Assembly (NCBI GenBank): GCA_012295275.1
Contig: CM022670.1
Coordinates: 4,526,001-4,590,000, forward strand
DNA from: Chrysomallon squamiferum
Lineage: Eukaryota > Animalia > Mollusca
DNA length: 64,000 bases
Reading direction: 5' to 3'
Of the stretch, positions 56,908 to 64,000 are shown piece by piece. Position 1 is the stretch's first letter; every line of letters begins with the position of its first letter. Position numbers and translations under genes: made by a program. The notes below the pieces were generated by a model. It searched no databases, had not been told where the DNA came from, and saw nothing but the letters and a program-made list of their open reading frames with translations.

Positions 56908-59655
56908 ATGAAAGTGGAGATGTCTTTCTGTACTCGGGTTATTTTTCTTTTGCTTCCTTTCTTCCATATGGTCCTCGGGCAGGGATTGACCGTGGATTTT
57001 AAAATCATGGAAGAGGAACCGTCAGGAAGTTACGTGGGAAGTATAGCGACTGACAGCGGTGTGGCTCAATATGCATCTCCGGACGAATTCGGCAGCTTAC
57101 GTTACAACTTCCTGGACTTGGACAATCCCAAAGCAACATCTTTGTTCAGTATTAATATGGGTTCGGGTGACATTTATACAACAACCGTAATAGATAGAGA
57201 GAAAATATGTGCCTTTTTCACCGAATGTGTTATTTCATTTGACGTCACTGTTACATCAGAAATGACGTCATTTTTCCAAATAGTTACTGTGAGAATCATC
57301 ATTCAGGACCGCAACGACAACGCTCCAAGGTTCCCGAAGGAACAGATCACGTTGCGGGTCTCAGAGGCAGCAACGTCGGGAACGTCTTTCCGAATAGAAG
57401 GTGCCACCGACAGGGATAAAGGACCCAATAATTCAGTGAAAAGTTACGAACTAAAATCTAATTCAGATGAATTTGCCTTAAAGGTAGAAAGTAGATCTGA
57501 CGGAACGTCAAGTCTCCGAATTGTCGTTAGAAGAACCCTGGACAGAGAAAAGCGAGACCGCTACAAACTGAACATATATGCAATGGATGGAGGCGATCCG
57601 CCTTTAGTAGGAAATCTTACAATCATTATAATTGTGCTGGATGAAAACGACAACGCCCCGGTGTTTTCACAAAACATGTACGACTTCGATATTCCTGAAA
57701 ATACTCAGATCAGACATACCTTTGGAAAGGTTTCTGCTGAAGATAAGGACATAGGTATGAACGGAAACGTTAACTACAGATTTAGTCCTGAACGAAGCAG
57801 TGAGGTGAGACGATTGTTTGCACTCGATGAAAAAACAGGCCGTCTAAGTGTTGTGGGACATTTGCAATACGAAGCAGGCGAACATTTTGAAACAATTATT
57901 GAAGCCTATGATCACGGCAACCCACCTTTGGAGTCACAAGCTATAGTGTTATTTCATATCAAGGATGTTGGCAACAATCCTCCTCAAATTCATATCAGCC
58001 CGGTTTCTTCGGGAGTTGGGGACATGATTCTATTGTCGGAAGGTTCGAGAATCGGTACAGTAGTGGCACACGTAAGAGTTACCGACAAAGACGAAGGCAG
58101 GAATGGAATCGTAGAATGCCAGAGCACAAATAGTCAGTTTTCCTTACATGTTCTCGAAGGAAGAGGATACATCATTCAACTCAGTGAGAAACTTGATCGA
58201 GAAAAGAAGGAAGAACTGAACGTGTCTGTGATGTGTTACGATTCGGGTTCTCCGAGCCTCGAAACTTCGGCCGGTTTGCTCGTTCGTGTCACGGACGAGA
58301 ACGACTGTCCACCTATATTTCAGAAACAAGCTTATGTGTTCAACATCTCTGAAAACAACAAGGTGGGTGATCTTGTCGGTAGCGTATTCGCTGTGGATAA
58401 AGATATTGGACAGAATGCTATTTCAGTATATTTTCTAAATATGGACAGTGGAGGTATGTTTAGAATTGACCACGATACCGGAGATATAATAGCCAACGCT
58501 GTGTTTGATAGAGAAACTATGTCCCAAATGACATTCACTGTCCGAGCAAGAGATGAAGGGGAGAAACCTATGACGGGAACAGCTGCAGTGATCGTCAATA
58601 TTTTAGATCGAAACGACAACAAGCCTATGTTCGTGGAATCCACTTTAGAGTTCAATGTGTCGGAAGACATGTTTCCGGGTAGTTTTGTTGGCCAGCTTTT
58701 TGCCACTGATGACGATATCGGCAAAAACGCCGAGTGTGAGTTTATATTGCTAGTGGACGGATTTGTAATGCCGTTTGTTGTTTTTTCCGATGGAGTAATT
58801 AGAACAGATCGAAAGCTGTACAGACATATAACAGATAGATACGAGCTGTCTGTTATGGTTAAGGATAACGGGACGCCGTCATTAAATTCTACTGGTAAGG
58901 TTATAATTAACGTGATTGAAGCTAACAGTCATGTTCCATTCTTCACTTTTCCTAACGAAAAGAACAATTCAGTTGGGGTTTACATCGACGCAGAGCCTGG
59001 TACCATCATAGGTCAGCTGAAGGCGATGGATGAAGACAAAGGCAAAAATGGGATGGTTTCGTATTCCATCACAAGCGGGAATGTGAAAAATATGTTCCGT
59101 GTAAATGCTGATACCGGTGAAATTATGTTAACTCGCAAGCTGACTAAATCCGATCCAGCTTCCATGATCCTCACTGTGGCCGTTCACGACCACGGATCGC
59201 CTCCACTGGTGACTCAGAACAACCTCATCATCAACTTCCTTCCAGTGAACGAGTCTCTTGTAATGGGACCTCAAGGAGAGGACGACAACCTCATGTACAT
59301 CATCATCGCCGGAGCCGTCGGCGGGCTGACGGTGATTGTGTGCATCATCGTGGCTGCTGTGATTATTCAGATGAAGAGAAACGACGCCGCTAGAGATGAA
59401 CATTCTATAGCGATTCAAGAACAAGGTGATGACGGCAGGACGTTCGATAAACAGCTGTGGCACAGTGTACCTGCTGATGACGCCAGCATTGGCTCCGTGG
59501 AGGACAACGAGAAAAAGATTGACGACATACTGAAAGGAAAGATGGGGGACAAGACCAGCTTCTCTTTTAATAATGGATCCGACCCTGAAGACCCTTACGT
59601 GAAGAAGGTGAACTCGGATCAGTATGGCGTAAAACAGTTCTATACATTTCGAAAG
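56908..59655 (+). CDS. Protocadherin (7 extracellular cadherin repeats, delta-1/PCDH1-7-9-11-like architecture), large first coding exon; the C-terminal exon(s) are not identified
   Basis: Inside ORF 56737-59913. ATG at 56908 starts MKVEMSFCTRVIFLLLPFFHMVLGQG (signal peptide). EC1 has the protocadherin C-X5-C motif (DREKICAFFTEC). Linkers are DRNDNAP, DENDNAP, DVGNNPP, DENDCPP, DRNDNKP, EANSHVP, with DRE and AxDxD motifs. TM is YIIIAGAVGGLTVIVCIIVAAVII followed by QMKR. The exon ends at AAG|GTAATT (59655/59656, phase 0); beyond this the ORF reads into (TC)n. 916 codons. Confidence 0.95.
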
Positions 59656-59661
59656 GTAATT
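59653..59661 (+). other. 5' splice donor ending the protocadherin large exon
   Basis: AAG|GTAATT, followed at once by an AT-rich stretch and a (TC)n tract; coding-like composition ends here. Confidence 0.85.
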
Positions 59662-59670
59662 ATTATAATT

Positions 59671-59673
<3 letters not shown>

Positions 59674-59762
<89 letters not shown>
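59674..59762. repeat. (TC)n microsatellite, 18 nt into the protocadherin intron
   Basis: Pure TC run. Confidence 0.99.
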
Positions 59763-59768
<6 letters not shown>

Positions 59769-60125
59769 ATCTGTCTATCTGTCTATCTCTCTGTCTATTT
59801 TTTTTTACAAAAATTATTTATATTTTATTCCTATGATATTAGATCTAACAACTGATACTAAAATTGTCAGTCAGGGATTTCACATCAACACGCTATTCAG
59901 AAATTACGAATGACTACACTTCCAGTTCATATATTTTAATCACTTCATCAAATGTAAGTCAAAATATGTGAAAGAAATTCAATTTATTGCAGCACTTTTT
60001 TTTTTTTTTTTTTTAGAAATTATTAGTGTGTTTCAATTAGGTCTCAAGAAAGACATTTGTGAAAAAGAAAATTCCCAAGCCTTCTGATAAGTTCCTAATA
60101 ATTTGCATATTTATTTACATTCGTT

Positions 60126-60160
<35 letters not shown>

Positions 60161-63100
60161 TGTGTAATTGATTTTTTGTTCTTATATAATAAGTAGAGGT
60201 AGCTGTAGGAATACTGGGTAGTAGAAGTAGTAGTAGAAGTTGTTGTAGTTGTTGTAGCATGAGTAATATTGCCACCATTATATTTCTTGTTGTTATTCGT
60301 TTTCTTCTCTATTCCCTTTCTTTTTTATTTCTTTTTTTTACTTGTTTTATTTCTTTATTTTTTATTTATTTTGTTATTTATTTATTTATAATTTTTTTAA
60401 TAAGGGTTTGCTTGAATTCATTTAAAGATGAAGATGCCTTAAATTATTTTCACTGCCCGTTCTCTAATTAAGTGGTATTTGCTTGTCAGTGCTTGTCAGG
60501 TACCTCTATTGATCTGTTTTCTTGAAATTAGAATTAATTTAGAACCAGTATTTATTTATTCTGTAAAGCGTAGCTTCTTCACTCTTACGGTGAAAAAACA
60601 TCTCAAAATAACTTCCGTGTAAAGAAGGAAAATACAGAGGATGAGAGATATTTATGTTGAGATTAAGAGATGCAGAATAATAGAGTAGGAAGCCATGGTA
60701 GAGGTTTAAAAACATTTTGAAGAAAATTGGTTTCATATTGGGTTTTTTAATTTTTTCTTAATAAAAATTATTAATAACAAAAAACAAGCATTTGGAAGCA
60801 TTTGGAAGCATTTCCATTAAAATTCGGTTATAAATGTAACAGAAGTTAAAATAACAGTGCAAAAGAAATCAACTACATTCAGCTGATTTGCTTTCCATAA
60901 TCATATCATAATTGGTTAATACGACATGAAAATTGTTTTGTCTGTTTTCATCAACCTTCTACTGATGTTTGAAGTGCACTGGATGCTGAAATTGCGTGCA
61001 GGCATTCGTGGTAGTTGACCCGAGACCTAGGTGCTCTGCAGTGTGGGTGTGTTTTCATAAAGAAGAAAATTGTATTTTAATATGTTTGTCCTTTTCGATT
61101 ATTCACTTCACGGTCATATTTGAAGAGTCTCGCATTTGGAGACATAGAAATGCAGGGTTTTGAAAGAAAAATTATAAAGAGAGGGTGATGTGAAGAAGAA
61201 AGGGTGTCAGGAAAAATATAACAAAGACAAAAAGAACAAAGGAGAAACAAAGACAATGGAAAGGCTGGTCCGGAGTTAAGTGTCACAAAATATAATTTCA
61301 CTAATTTGTTTCTTTGAAAACAAACTGAAGCAAATCTGAATACCGGCTTGATAAAACGATTAAATGAATAAATGTTTATTAAAAGGCTCCATAACAGATT
61401 TTTTTTTTTTTTTTTTTTCCATTAAAAGTTATTTATCAATCATACGAAACCTACGTATTGACGTTTGTAATTAAGTTAATATTTTTATTTATTTATGTGA
61501 TGTTGTTGTTGTTGTTGTTGTTGTTGTTTTATATGCGAGAGGTATTTTTTTTTTTTTTTTTTTTGGTATTTTGGGGTTCTTCATAATTATTATTTTTTTT
61601 TTTTAATTTTAATTTGATTTATTTTTGAATGGGTGGGTTATTGCTTGTTGTAATGGGGTATAATGATAAAGATGATAGAACGAAACGTCATTTTTATCGG
61701 GAAATAATGTGACAGCAGAAACTGTTTTAGGACAGTAAACTCGGGAAATTGCCCATCAGAAGAATAGAAATTGAGGACGATGATGCAGATTGATTGTGGA
61801 ATGTTAATAATAAAGACAATTTTACGAATAGGTGTTACGTGTAAATGGCGTAAACAGCTAAGAAAAAAATCACAGCATGAAAACTAGCACAGTATAAAAA
61901 ATAAAAAATAAAAACACCAAAAAACCCAGTTCTGTTGAAATTAATGCTGTTCATTTAGTTGTGTTCTGACGTGCGTTCTGTCTTTTGTTTGTTAATTCTT
62001 GCTTTTGTAAACACCCGAATAGCGTGTATGCAACTGAAAAGTCCTAGATATCAAATTTAAAGCAAGGTTTGAATTTTTTTCTTTTTAATGAGTTTTACTT
62101 TTTATGCGAGTTACAAGATGCACTATCAACCATATTCCCAAAGGATAAAAGAAATAAATCAAAACTGATGAGGATGTAAACTTAGATCACAAAAAGCAGA
62201 CATTAAACGCGAAAAGGGGTAGCATTTTTATCGACAGTCGTACTGTGTTATTGTTGCCACTTGCAGGTTTCTAAATAATGACTTCATCTTTGTTAGAAAT
62301 AAAAATCATGAGTTTTCTTCTCCGTGAATACTTAACTACGGCAAATGTGTAATAAATGGCTAAGGATCGCATCTGTTTCGCTGAATTTACGAGTCCTGTA
62401 ATGGGACGCGTGGTTTCTCTCAATCACGTATGTTCTCATAAATGCCAGCATTGTTGGTGTCAGGCAGAATGTTTCGCTTCCAGAACAAATTCTTTCTGTA
62501 ATGGAAAACTCATAATACGAGGCCTGCAAGAGATTTCTTTGTGTTTTGTTGTGTTCTTCTCGTGTTTAACTCCATGTAGGTACAACTTACTCTACTTGTT
62601 CATATTTATTTATTTAATCTTTTTATTTTTTTTTTTTTTTTTTTTTAGTCCTCCTGTAGTTTTGCAAAGGGATAAACAAAAAACAATCAAAAATCTGATT
62701 TTCACACGGTGTCTATATATTTTACAAAAGTCTTCTTTTATTTTATTTAACAATATTTATTGTGTAGATGAATGAGTACAAGTGTAAGTTATAGATAGAG
62801 AGTGGGATGCTTTGTTCCGTTTTTCATTTCTAAATATCGAACTAACAAGAGTCTGATTCTGTGCTATTTCTTAGGAAAATAACATCAAATTATTTTTGTC
62901 TATTATCATTTTGAATATCTACACATTCATCTATCCATTTATTTATTTATTTACTTATTCATTTGTTTATTTATCAGTCAGTCTATTCATCTGTTTTATC
63001 TATTTATTTTCCGTTCATTCATTCATTCATTTATTCTTTCCCTAAGGGAAGCAAATCACTTCGCTCTAAGAAATGTTATTCCATTCTAAATGCGTCTATT

Positions 63101-63208
63101 AAATATACATATAACCTACTAATTAAAACAATTAAATGCTACGGATCATGATAGGATTACTTGTATCTGATTTTCTTGGCGAGCTACATGCTTCTTTTAA
63201 GACACTAA

Positions 63209-63829
63209 TTCGCACGGTGCATCTTTGCGTGCGTAATTTCCCCAAACGCCAAACAGCAATTTGGGCATATCTGCAAGTGCACTGATGGGAAAAAAGCCCA
63301 AGATGCCAATTACTGCTGCGGGGATCTTCATACGAAGCATATGCTTGAGGCAATGACAGCAATAAACGATTGGTCAAAGTATAATGGATGTTCGGGGAGA
63401 TTCTGCGCACATGATGGCCTCGGTTTGTACACCACTTGTTATCGGCAAGGCTGTCTTTATAATCTTGGAGTGTGTAATGGTCCCGGCATAACAGGAAAAT
63501 CAAACATATTTCGCTGACTACTTCAATCAAAGGATATGAGTAACTGTCACGCATGCGTTAAACTACTCACATGACCTGTTGACGAACTCATTTTAGTTGT
63601 ATTGATTAGCAATATTATCTGAAAGAAAATTGTCTTCAGAAAGAAAAGAGAAATTGGCCCAGAGGCCATAAGAAAAAATATGGCCGAACGATTTGGTCAC
63701 ATCATGGACATCTATTGTCCAGAAATAAGTGACAGTGACGACGAAAGAGCGTCGAGTGATCTTTCACACAAAATCGAAGGCATTCAGCTATGAAAATGCA
63801 AAATATGTGTCTTTCTCGACACGAATTAA
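63209..63829 (+). pseudogene. Possible decayed or recoded coding frame: Cys-rich N-half, hydrophobic/basic segment, acidic tail; family not recognised
   Basis: One frame bounded by TAA (63206-63208) and TAA (63827-63829). Its only internal stops are TGA at 63515, 63572, 63620 and 63791. The first 102 codons are open and contain 11 Cys. Confidence 0.3.
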
Positions 63830-64000
63830 AACAAGCATATTGGAGAGCTTGTTGAGTACGGCGATTATTAAAATAGACTCGGTTATTGATGTTTTAGTTA
63901 TTAGCGGACATGCTGATCCGGTTGATAGGCAGTCACAATGCCAGTGTGTTTCAACCGCTGAGAGTGAAGAGAGATGGAAGCGAATGATGTCAAAGGACGA

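Noticed and set aside
58144-59463. Antisense ORFs 58144-58329, 58332-58724 and 59128-59463
   Set aside because: Shadow frames of the protocadherin CDS.
59656-59913. C-terminal extension VIIIIYSLSLSL... as constitutive CDS
   Set aside because: Intron sequence after a canonical donor; (TC)n repeat.
63640-63793. Second coding exon of the protocadherin
   Set aside because: The pcdh donor is phase 0. The AG at 63639 puts the coding-like frame in phase 2, and the phase-0 frame stops after 30 codons. No DSGRG/CM-type motif.

Overview
Eukaryotic, very AT-rich and microsatellite-dense DNA. The protocadherin style suggests a lophotrochozoan, probably a mollusc; this is inference. Only one protein-coding region is recognisable: a single large exon (about 56837/56908-59655, + strand) encoding signal peptide, 7 cadherin repeats, a transmembrane helix and the proximal cytoplasmic tail of a protocadherin, with a clear acceptor before it and a phase-0 donor after it. 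A promoter-like island with a CCAAT box and a splice donor at about 34.8-35.2 kb is the best candidate 5' UTR exon. The most striking unexplained feature is the non-coding architecture. By eye, roughly 50 unique, CpG-containing 250-500 bp islands rich in transcription-factor-like motifs recur about every 1.1-1.2 kb, separated by AT-rich spacers whose microsatellite motif changes from one spacer to the next. Other observations: orientation-alternating (GA)n/(TC)n tracts, inverted microsatellite pairs, a 17-18 bp minisatellite with higher-order structure, a decayed tRNA-derived SINE-like head, and a Cys-rich 207-codon frame at 63.2-63.8 kb interrupted only by TGA codons. Almost all other entries in the ORF track are microsatellite artefacts. 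All counts were made by eye and no searches were run.
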